Positions 37,691-45,939 are shown, counted from the first letter of the stretch. The stretch: 55,634 nt of DNA from Planctomycetota bacterium (GCA_038318285.1 JBBQCC010000001.1:1-55634); one strand, 5' to 3'. Notes: generated from the sequence alone by a model not told the origin. A program made the numbers and translations.

Positions 37691-39364
37691 TCAGAAGCGG
37701 GTCTGGAGCCGGACGCCGAGCGTCCACGAATCGAGGTCGTCACCCATCGTGCGGTCGCCGTACACCGACAGATCCCAGCTTTCGGTCAGCGGCACGTCCA
37801 CCGATCCGAAGATCGAGTGCTGCGCGATCTGGTCGTCTGCGCCGCTGAAATCGGACTGTGTGTACCAGAACGACTGCCAGCCGAGCCCCAGGCCCGTCGT
37901 GCCGATCGTGTCGTGCAGTTGCAGACGCGCACCCGGGCCGGAGCTGTACGAGCCCTCGGCCCACTGCGCGGCGCCCGAGATCGAACTGCCACTGCCGAAC
38001 ACCTCGGACAGCGTTGCGCCGAGTTCGCCGCTGTAGCCGTTGTCGTTTTCGTCGAACCAGTTCTCGACGCGCGCATCGACGCGCACGCGCGTGCTGAGCG
38101 ACGTCCAGCCACTCAGGCCGATCCGGTCCAGCACGCTGTTTTTCACGTCGTCGGCGCGCCGCGGCAGGAATTCGTCGCGCAGCAGCTCGGGGATGCGACG
38201 TTCCAGTGCGTTGATTGCCAGTCCGCTCGTGGCCGTCGTGCGCCACGTCGCCGTGATGCGCGCTTCGGTCAGCTCGGCACCCGAGCCCTTGATCGTGTCA
38301 CTCGAATCGTAGAGGTCCACCCAAGCCGTCGCGCGCAACGAGACGCTCTCGGAAGGGCGCACCTCGGTCTGGGCGATGACGAGGTTGCGGTCCTGCTCGC
38401 CCTCGTGCCAGGTGTTCTGGTACGCGAGGCCGACCGTCGCGCGCCGCTCCGGATCGAAGGCGTAGCGGTAGTGCACCGACGCCTGCAGATCCTGGAACGA
38501 AGTGCGATCGGCGAACGGCTCCGGCATCCAGCCGAACGACACGCCAAAATCCGATCCTCCGCGTGTGCGGTGGTTCCATTCGGCGCCGTCGAGCAGTCCG
38601 AGTTCGGGCAGTCCCGCCTGCAGGAATCGGCCGAATTGGAAGTGGTTCGGTCGATCCTCGGTGCCGCCGAACTCGTACACGAACCGGTCGATGCGCACGT
38701 GCGACTGGTCGTAGTCGTACAGCCCGTCGTCGTTCGAGACGTCGCTCTGCCGGGTGAACGCCTCGACGTCGAACCGCAGCGAACCACCGTCGCCGAACGG
38801 GTTCTCGAGGCGGACGTCCGTGCCCACGGCCGCGAGTCCGTACTTGCGCGCGCCCTCGACGTCGTCCGTACCGTCGAAGCGGAACCAGGCGCGACCCGAC
38901 AAGCGCCGTTCGCGCTCCTCGGGGGCGATGCCGAACGCGGGTGCGAGCAGCGGCGTCTCGTCGTTCCAGGTCTCGGGCGGATGGGTCCACGGCGGGTGTT
39001 CGACGGCCGGAGCGGGCGTCCCCTGGACTTGTGGCGGAGTCTTCGTGCCGGGGCGCGAGTCGGGCACGATCGCTTCGCCGCGCGTGCCGACGACGGGCTT
39101 GTCCGATCCGACGTCGAGTTCGACGCGCGCGCCGTTCGTCGTGACGGACCGCACGATCCCGGTAGCGACGGTCGTGGTCTCCAGTCGGAACTCGACGCGA
39201 TCGCCTTCGGCCAGACCGCTGGACGATCCGCGATCGACGTAGACGGCCGAGCCCGCGATGCTCGTCACGCGAATCTCGACGCGCACGTCGGCGGCCGCAG
39301 CGATTCCGCACAAGAGCACGACTCCGAACACACCGTACAGCATCGACGATGCACGCGTTCCCAT
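37691..39364 (-). CDS. Outer-membrane beta-barrel protein (porin-like) with N-terminal soluble beta domain and Pro-rich linker
   Basis: The Met at 39364 overlaps the upstream stop by 1 nt (TGATG). It has a signal peptide (MLYGVFGVVLLCGIAAAADV) and amphipathic alternating segments rich in G/S/T/Y/W/D/R. The C-terminus WTLGVRLQTRF has an OMP-type terminal Phe. The product is 557 aa. Confidence 0.75.
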   Translation of the reverse strand: MGTRASSMLYGVFGVVLLCGIAAAADVRVEIRVTSIAGSAVYVDRGSSSGLAEGDRVEFRLETTTVATGIVRSVTTNGARVELDVGSDKPVVGTRGEAIVPDSRPGTKTPPQVQGTPAPAVEHPPWTHPPETWNDETPLLAPAFGIAPEERERRLSGRAWFRFDGTDDVEGARKYGLAAVGTDVRLENPFGDGGSLRFDVEAFTRQSDVSNDDGLYDYDQSHVRIDRFVYEFGGTEDRPNHFQFGRFLQAGLPELGLLDGAEWNHRTRGGSDFGVSFGWMPEPFADRTSFQDLQASVHYRYAFDPERRATVGLAYQNTWHEGEQDRNLVIAQTEVRPSESVSLRATAWVDLYDSSDTIKGSGAELTEARITATWRTTATSGLAINALERRIPELLRDEFLPRRADDVKNSVLDRIGLSGWTSLSTRVRVDARVENWFDENDNGYSGELGATLSEVFGSGSSISGAAQWAEGSYSSGPGARLQLHDTIGTTGLGLGWQSFWYTQSDFSGADDQIAQHSIFGSVDVPLTESWDLSVYGDRTMGDDLDSWTLGVRLQTRF

Positions 39365-41757
39365 CAGAACCCTCCTCGGCGCGCGACGTGGCAATCGCCG
39401 CACTCGACGCCCAGCGGCTTGTAACGGACGGCGCTGCCCCCGCCCGGGAGCGCCCAGGGCACGTGACACGCCGAACAGGCGAGTTGCGCGTGCGTGGTGT
39501 CGAGCGCGAAGCGCGCGTCGTGCTGGTGGTCGAAGCGGAGCGCGAGGAAGTCGGGCGCCGTCGCATGGCACGTCGCGCAGTCCGTCGATCCGTTTCGCGA
39601 GAACTGGCCCGCGTGCGGATCCGCGTGACAATCCGAGCAGTTCGTGCCGGCTGCGCGCGCGAAGCCGCGCGCGCCGAATGCCGTGTTGGAGGCCGCGCCG
39701 CCGCTGCGCGGGTGGCAACTCGCACAGCCCGCATCGGCGTGCACGCCCGTCAGGGCGAAACCCGTCCACGCAGCGTGGTCGAAAGCGCTCGCAGCGACCT
39801 CGGTGAACGATTCGGTCGTGTGACAGCGCGCGCACCCGGTGCGGCCGCCGACGTCGCCCGGGCGCCTCGGCCCATCGAACGCGCCCGCGTGCACATCGGT
39901 GTGACACGTCGCGCAGTTCTGGAACGAGCCTTCGCCGGCGTGGACGGTCGACCGCAGCGCGCGCTCGACACCGGCGGCGGTCGCGACCGCGCCGGAAACT
40001 TGCACGATCTCGCTGCCGCTCGGGTGACACGTCGCGCAGTCCGCTCGCGCGTGCGCGCCGTCGAGCGCGAAGCCGGTCGAGCGCGTGTGATCGAAGGCGT
40101 CGCGCGCTTGCTCGAAGCCATGCGGATCGTGGCAGGCCGTGCATGTCGGTGCATCCGGTCGCCGCGCGAAGAACCCGCCGTGCGCGTCGACGTGACACGT
40201 CGCGCAGTCCTCCGGCGACCCGGGGTAGGACTCGGCGACGACGCCGAAGCTGCGCCCGCGCTCGTCCGGTGCGGCGCGAGCGGCGTGACAGGCGGCGCAC
40301 TCGGACTCGGCGTGGGCGCCGACCAGCGCGAATCCGGTCCAGCGCGCGTGGTCGAAGGTCTCGGCGGCGACGTGCTGGAAGTCCGTCGTCGTGTGACAGG
40401 TCGCGCAGTCGTCAGCGCGCGCATTCGTGGCTGCGCTCGCGGTCGCCGCAAGACTCGCGGCCTTCTGCGCGAAGAAGCCTGTGTGCGCGTCGGCGTGGCA
40501 TGCGCTGCACGTCGCATTGGTGCCGTGGAAGACGCGCGGCGCGTCGCCGATCTGCGCGTGACACGCGCGACAGGCCGTCTTTGAGTGCGCGCCGGTCAGC
40601 GCGAACGCAGTGCGCGCGTGCTGGGCGAAGCCGAATGCCGGCGGGTCGAAGCGCTCGCGTTCGTGGCAGGCTAGGCAGCCGCCCTGCGCGAAAGCTCCCG
40701 TCTGGAACTGTCCGCCGTGCGGATCGGCGTGACAGGACGCGCAGTCGTCGGGCGTGCGCCCCGGGTGTGAGGCGCGGAAGTCGGCGAAGGCCTCTGCGTG
40801 TGCGTCCGGCGCCCTCAAGGTCGCGTGGCAGTCCGTGCAGGCGGCCGCGGCGTGCGGCGCGACGAGCGGGAAGCCGGTGAGGGCGTGCTCCGCGACGGTC
40901 AGGGTGCGCGGGCTGGCGAACGGACCGCCCGCGACCGGGTGGCAGCTCGCGCACGTCGCGCCGCGCTCGACGGCGATGCGCGCGACGATCGCGCTGATGA
41001 ACGGGGATGCGTGGGGCGATGCGTGACAGGCCTCGCAGCTGCGCGGAGTGCGCGTCGCCGTCTCGCCGCCGCCGGCCTCGATGGCGAACGCGGTGCCGGG
41101 CGCGTGACAGGCGACGCAGCTCGCCTGGGCGTGCACGCCGACGAGCGCGAACGAACTCGGGTGTTCGAACTCGGCGACGACGGCGAACGGCTCCGTCTCG
41201 CCGTGGCACGAGCGGCAGTCGGGCAACTTGCCCGCGTGCGGATCCTGGTGACAGCCCGCGCAATCCTGCGACTTGCCCGTGAAGCGCTGCGCGTCCTTTT
41301 CGAGCAGGACGACGTCGGCGTTTGCGTGACAGGCGCGGCAGGCGAGGCTCGTGTGCACGCCGCTCAGCGCGAAGCCCAGGCCCTCGTGCGCGAACGCATC
41401 GCGGTCGGCGACGCCGGCGAGCGCGAAGGCTCCTGCGCTGACCAACTCGAAGTCCACGCCATGGTGTTCTGCGTGGCACGTGCCGCAGCGCGCCACGTTG
41501 GGCAGCTTGCCGTGGAATCCAGTGCCCGCGGCGACTTGCGCCTCGACGTCCGCGTGGCACTCCGCACAGGCGGCGCGCATTTCGTCGGGCGATCCGCCAT
41601 GACACACGGCGCAGTCGTCGCCGTCGATCGAGGCCGACTTCTCGTGCACTGCGCTGATCGGGCCTGGGGACGCCGATTGCGTGTCCCACAACGCCAGCGA
41701 GATCGCCAGCAATGCCGAAGCGACCCCCAGCCAGATTCCCGCCGTGCGCGACTTCAT
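39364..41757 (-). CDS. Giant multiheme c-type cytochrome (26 CxxCH motifs; tandem c7-like tri-heme modules)
   Basis: The Met at 41757 overlaps the upstream stop (ATGA). It has an N-terminal signal/anchor (IWLGVASALLAISLAL). I counted 26 CxxCH motifs by hand. There are eight recurrences of F-x-H...F-x-L-x-G-x-H-x(4-5)-CxxCH. The product is 797 aa. Confidence 0.92.
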   Translation of the reverse strand: MKSRTAGIWLGVASALLAISLALWDTQSASPGPISAVHEKSASIDGDDCAVCHGGSPDEMRAACAECHADVEAQVAAGTGFHGKLPNVARCGTCHAEHHGVDFELVSAGAFALAGVADRDAFAHEGLGFALSGVHTSLACRACHANADVVLLEKDAQRFTGKSQDCAGCHQDPHAGKLPDCRSCHGETEPFAVVAEFEHPSSFALVGVHAQASCVACHAPGTAFAIEAGGGETATRTPRSCEACHASPHASPFISAIVARIAVERGATCASCHPVAGGPFASPRTLTVAEHALTGFPLVAPHAAAACTDCHATLRAPDAHAEAFADFRASHPGRTPDDCASCHADPHGGQFQTGAFAQGGCLACHERERFDPPAFGFAQHARTAFALTGAHSKTACRACHAQIGDAPRVFHGTNATCSACHADAHTGFFAQKAASLAATASAATNARADDCATCHTTTDFQHVAAETFDHARWTGFALVGAHAESECAACHAARAAPDERGRSFGVVAESYPGSPEDCATCHVDAHGGFFARRPDAPTCTACHDPHGFEQARDAFDHTRSTGFALDGAHARADCATCHPSGSEIVQVSGAVATAAGVERALRSTVHAGEGSFQNCATCHTDVHAGAFDGPRRPGDVGGRTGCARCHTTESFTEVAASAFDHAAWTGFALTGVHADAGCASCHPRSGGAASNTAFGARGFARAAGTNCSDCHADPHAGQFSRNGSTDCATCHATAPDFLALRFDHQHDARFALDTTHAQLACSACHVPWALPGGGSAVRYKPLGVECGDCHVARRGGF

Positions 41758-44135
41758 CCGAATAGATGCGCGTAGCGCAGCGCGAGGAAGACGTGCCAGC
41801 CGGTGATCAGGACCATGAACAGTGCCGCCCAGCGGTGGAACCAGCGCCAGGAAGCCAGGATCGTGCGCAGATCCTCGAAGTGCGCGGCCATGAGCGCCGT
41901 GCGGTGCGCCCGGCGCGCGAGCTCGGTCATGCGTGCCACATGATGGGTCGCAATGCCCTCCGCGACCGCCTGCGTGCGCAGCGCGGCGACGCGCCGACGG
42001 GCCGCGCGCTGGCTGGTCAACAGGGCGCGAATGCGGGCCCAGTACGAACCCTGCCAGCGTTCCTCCGTGACGACGCGCTCGACCTCCGCGCGCAGCTTGT
42101 CGGCGAACCCGCCGCGGCCGCGGTCCCACTCCGCCGACAGCGCGGCGAGTTGGCTGCGCACTTCGTCGAGCTCGAGCTCGCGCCCGTTCGCCGCCCGCGG
42201 CACGAACGAATAGAGGTAGCGTCCGATCGCGCCCGTCAGAACCAGGAACGCCATCGCCCACGCCGCATGACCGCCGACGGTCGATCGCGGATCCATGGCG
42301 CCGTGAACCAGGACGAGCAGCAGTGCGCCGATGCCGGTCGCGACGTGCGACGTCATCCAACCGCGCAGCGATCCCGGGATCCAGGCGAGCCGCAGATTGC
42401 GGCGCGCGAGGTACGCGAGGTTCGCCAGCACGAGGGCGGCGGCACCGAAGCCGCACGCGAGACCGATCGTGCCGGTGGGCGAGAGCAGGGCATGGTCGGG
42501 ATGGTGGGGGCGCGCGCTCGGCGCCGCGCCGTAGTAATCCGCGTGCGTCAGGACCCAGCCCAGCACCAGAACCGCGAGCCCGAGCGCGACGCACAGCGCC
42601 GGGACGAGACCCGTGCCCTGCTCGGCGAGCGGCGCCGGCTTCTCGTGCTGGCTCGGATCGAGCGATACGCCCGAGGCTTCGAGCACCTCGGTCGGCGGCG
42701 TTCCGCCCGCGAACACGAAGACCTCGTCGTTCGCCACCTGGGTCGTGCTTCCGTCCGCGAGCCGCAGCGCAACGGAGTCCTCGGCGATCGAGAGCACTTG
42801 GCTGCCGAACAGCGCCGTCAGTTGACCATCTCGCAACGCGTCCGCGACGTGCGCCTCGTTGCGCGACTTCAGGCGGAAGAACGCGTCCTTGCGGTACGAG
42901 ATCGAGACGTGATTTCCCGGCTGTTCCGCGAGGCCGAGGGCGGCTTCGACCGCGCTGTCGCCGCCGCCGACGACCAGAATTCGCCGCCCCTGGTACGAGT
43001 GCGCGTCCAGGAGCGAGTACGACACCTTGTTCAGGTCCTCGCCCGGAACGCCCAGCTTGCGCGGCGTGCCGCGTCGGCCGAGGGCGAGCACGACGCTGCG
43101 CGCGTCGAGGTGTCCCGTCAGCGTGTGGACGCGCAGGATGCCGTCGTCGAGCGTCTCGACGCGCTGGAACTGTTGGCCGCGGTGGATCGCGAGTTCGTGC
43201 TCGCGCACGACGCGTTCCCACAGCTCGATCAGCTCCTCTTTCGAGTAGCTCGTGCGCGTGAGCCGACCGACGAGCGGCAGGTCCACCGGCTGCGTCATGA
43301 CGAGCTTGCGGCGCGGGTACTTCGCGACCGTGCCGCCCAGCTCATCCTGTTCCAGCGTCGTGTACGACAGCCCGAGTTCCTTGGCCCGCAGCGAGCAGGC
43401 GATGCCCGCCGGGCCGGCGCCGACGATGACGAGGTCGAGCACATCCGATGTCTCGACTTCCGCGACCGCGACGCCGCCTCCGGCCTCCGCACGCGACGGC
43501 GTTGCATTTCCCCGGCGTCGCAGGCTGGGCGCGCTGACGAGCCGTGCGCGTCGCGCCGCCTCGTCTGCCGCTGCCGTGCCGTGCGCGATGGCGGTGCGCA
43601 CGAGCGCGTATCCCGTGACCTCGCCCGCCAGGAACAGTCCCGGCACGTGCGCGGACTCGTGGTTCTCGCGCAACACCGGCAGGTCTTTGCGATCGCTGAT
43701 GTCGCCGAGGGTGAGCGCAATCGCGCCGACCGGGCATTCCGCCGCGCAGCGTCCGTGGCCGACGCAGCGCGCGCCGTGCACGACGACCGCTTGACCGTGG
43801 ACGAGCTCGAGCACGCCCTCTTCGGGACACGCGGCGACGCAGGTGCCGCACCCGATGCAGCGCGACAGGTCGATGTGCGGATGCTGCAAGCGCGCGCGGT
43901 GACTGCCGGTCGCGCGCGCGCGATCCCGCTCCGCCAGCGTCTCGCGCAGTTGGCCCGACTCGGCTCGCCGCAGCGCGATGAGCCCGAGCGTCACGGCCAA
44001 GCCCACGACGAGGGCGATGAGTAGGATCCAGATCAAGGTGGACGCGCCGAACAAGTCCAGTGCCGAAAAGACCGTCCGCGACTTCGGTCTGCGTGGCGAC
44101 CGACTCTCCGGCCTCTTGGTTCGGCGGGGGAGCAT
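41754..44135 (-). CDS. Membrane fusion oxidoreductase: TM + 2x[4Fe-4S] ferredoxin + FAD/NAD(P)-binding (TrxR-like, no CxxC) + 5-TM domain with two H-x13-H helices
   Basis: 793-aa ORF. It has the cluster motifs CIGCGTCVAACP and CVGHGRCAAECP, and the dinucleotide motifs VIVGAGPAGIA and ILVVGGGDSAVEAAL. The C-terminal TM helices SHVATGIGALLLVLVHG and FHRWAALFMVLITGWHV each carry two His 14 residues apart. Confidence 0.85.
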   Translation of the reverse strand: MLPRRTKRPESRSPRRPKSRTVFSALDLFGASTLIWILLIALVVGLAVTLGLIALRRAESGQLRETLAERDRARATGSHRARLQHPHIDLSRCIGCGTCVAACPEEGVLELVHGQAVVVHGARCVGHGRCAAECPVGAIALTLGDISDRKDLPVLRENHESAHVPGLFLAGEVTGYALVRTAIAHGTAAADEAARRARLVSAPSLRRRGNATPSRAEAGGGVAVAEVETSDVLDLVIVGAGPAGIACSLRAKELGLSYTTLEQDELGGTVAKYPRRKLVMTQPVDLPLVGRLTRTSYSKEELIELWERVVREHELAIHRGQQFQRVETLDDGILRVHTLTGHLDARSVVLALGRRGTPRKLGVPGEDLNKVSYSLLDAHSYQGRRILVVGGGDSAVEAALGLAEQPGNHVSISYRKDAFFRLKSRNEAHVADALRDGQLTALFGSQVLSIAEDSVALRLADGSTTQVANDEVFVFAGGTPPTEVLEASGVSLDPSQHEKPAPLAEQGTGLVPALCVALGLAVLVLGWVLTHADYYGAAPSARPHHPDHALLSPTGTIGLACGFGAAALVLANLAYLARRNLRLAWIPGSLRGWMTSHVATGIGALLLVLVHGAMDPRSTVGGHAAWAMAFLVLTGAIGRYLYSFVPRAANGRELELDEVRSQLAALSAEWDRGRGGFADKLRAEVERVVTEERWQGSYWARIRALLTSQRAARRRVAALRTQAVAEGIATHHVARMTELARRAHRTALMAAHFEDLRTILASWRWFHRWAALFMVLITGWHVFLALRYAHLFG

Positions 44136-44444
44136 CGCATCCCCAAGCCTGGGAGTGCTTTAGGACGAAAGTACCATCCCGGCCTCTGAGCCGGGACGGG
44201 CGGGTCGCACCGCTGCCGAACGCGGTCTGTGCGGCGGCGCACGCCCCAGCGTCCAGATCGTGGACGTCGGCTGGTCCCGTGCATCGCTCCCGGGGATGGG
44301 AATCCGACCCCCTCGCGGACCCACGGATCCGGTTCACGATTGCATCCTCTGGGCGCCGGGTGGGGAATGTACGCGCCGCTGCCCCCTCGCCCCCAAGACG
44401 GGTCGGACAGCTCTTTCCCAACCGCTTCGCACCGAGGCTCCCTC

Positions 44445-45926
44445 ATGCATCGCACTCTGAAGCTCTCCACGTTTCTCGCACTCTCGCCGGCGCTCTTCGC
44501 TCAGGGCACGAAGCCCTACGAAGGACCCGGTCCCGTCGCCGAAGGCGGGTGCAACCCGGGCAACACCGCCAACCTGTGCGTGCCCGTCGACAGCACGCAC
44601 CAGGTCGTCGTGTTCGACGGTGTCGGCGGCAGCGGCCCGGCGAATCCGCTCGACCCGTGCCAGCGCAACGACGACGACGTCACGCTGGCGATCAACCTGC
44701 CGTTCACGTTCGACCTGTTCGGCTCGCCCCAGACGCAGGTGTTCATCAACAACAACGGGAACATCTCGTTCGGCTCGAGCTTCACCACGTTCACTTCGAC
44801 CGGCTTCCCCGTCGCCGGCTTCCCGATGATCGCGCCCTTCTGGGCCGACGTGGACACGCGCGACGGCGGGAGCGGCGTCGTCTACTACAAGATCGATGCG
44901 AACCGCCTGACGGTCACGTGGGACCACGTCGGCTACTACAGCTCCCACTCCAACCTGCTGAGCACCTTCCAGGTCATCATCAGCGACGGCACCGATCCCC
45001 TCGTGGGCCTCGGGCAAAACGTCTGCTTCTGCTACGGCGACATGGGCTGGACGACGGGCGACGCCTCGAGCGGCGTCGGCGGCTTCGGAGGCGTGCCCGC
45101 GACCGTGGGCATCAACGCCGGTGACGGCACGAACTTCTTCCAGCTCGGCCTCTTCGACCAGACGGGCAACGCCTACGACGGTCCGGGCGGCGCGAACGAC
45201 GGCGTCGACTTCCTCGACAACACGCGCCAGTGCTTCGTCACGGGCACGATCCAGAACTCGCCGCCGATCTTCATCAACAGCCCGAGCGGCTGCTTGGGCG
45301 CGTCCGTCGGCGTGCCTTTGACCTTCACCGTGCAAGCGATCGGTCCCGAGGCCGGTCAGACGGTGAACATCGTCGAGACGTCGGGCACGCCGAACGTCGT
45401 GTGCGTGCCGACGCCGGGCAACCCGGCCTCGATCCAGTGCACGTTCACGCCGAGCAGTGGCCAGACGGGCATCACGAACCTCGTGTTCGTGGCGACGGAC
45501 GACTTCATGCCGCCGGCGAGCTCGCAGCTCACCGTCTGCATCGACGCGGCCGAGTGCCACCAACTCGTCGGGCGCGGAGGCACGGGTTCGAACGTCGTGC
45601 TGTTCGGCCACGCCTTCGCAACGCACCTGACCTCGGTACGCCAGTCCTGGCCGGTCACGCTCTCGAGTCACCCGAGCCTGCGCGTGCCCCTGCTGACGAC
45701 CGGCCAACTGAACTTTTCGGTGCAGACGGTCATGTACAACCCGTCGGCATTCCCCACGAATCCCTCGCAGTGGTCCGCGCGGATGCGCCTCACCGTTCTG
45801 CCCGGCGCGATCGTGCAGGGCGAGCTGTTCGACACCTGGAACGGCATCCACCAGTCGCTCGCGACCTACCTCGACGGGAACGGCGACGCCTTCATGACCT
45901 TCCCGTTCACGATCGACGGGATGTGA
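44445..45926 (+). CDS. Secreted nidogen-like (NIDO) domain protein
   Basis: The Met at 44445 is followed by a signal peptide (MHRTLKLSTFLALSPALFAQG). The segment LPFTFDLFG...VFINNNGNISFG...IAPFWADVDTR...VYY matches the NIDO-domain pattern. The product is 493 aa. Confidence 0.72.
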   Translation: MHRTLKLSTFLALSPALFAQGTKPYEGPGPVAEGGCNPGNTANLCVPVDSTHQVVVFDGVGGSGPANPLDPCQRNDDDVTLAINLPFTFDLFGSPQTQVFINNNGNISFGSSFTTFTSTGFPVAGFPMIAPFWADVDTRDGGSGVVYYKIDANRLTVTWDHVGYYSSHSNLLSTFQVIISDGTDPLVGLGQNVCFCYGDMGWTTGDASSGVGGFGGVPATVGINAGDGTNFFQLGLFDQTGNAYDGPGGANDGVDFLDNTRQCFVTGTIQNSPPIFINSPSGCLGASVGVPLTFTVQAIGPEAGQTVNIVETSGTPNVVCVPTPGNPASIQCTFTPSSGQTGITNLVFVATDDFMPPASSQLTVCIDAAECHQLVGRGGTGSNVVLFGHAFATHLTSVRQSWPVTLSSHPSLRVPLLTTGQLNFSVQTVMYNPSAFPTNPSQWSARMRLTVLPGAIVQGELFDTWNGIHQSLATYLDGNGDAFMTFPFTIDGM

Positions 45927-45939
45927 CGCGCGCCCGTCG

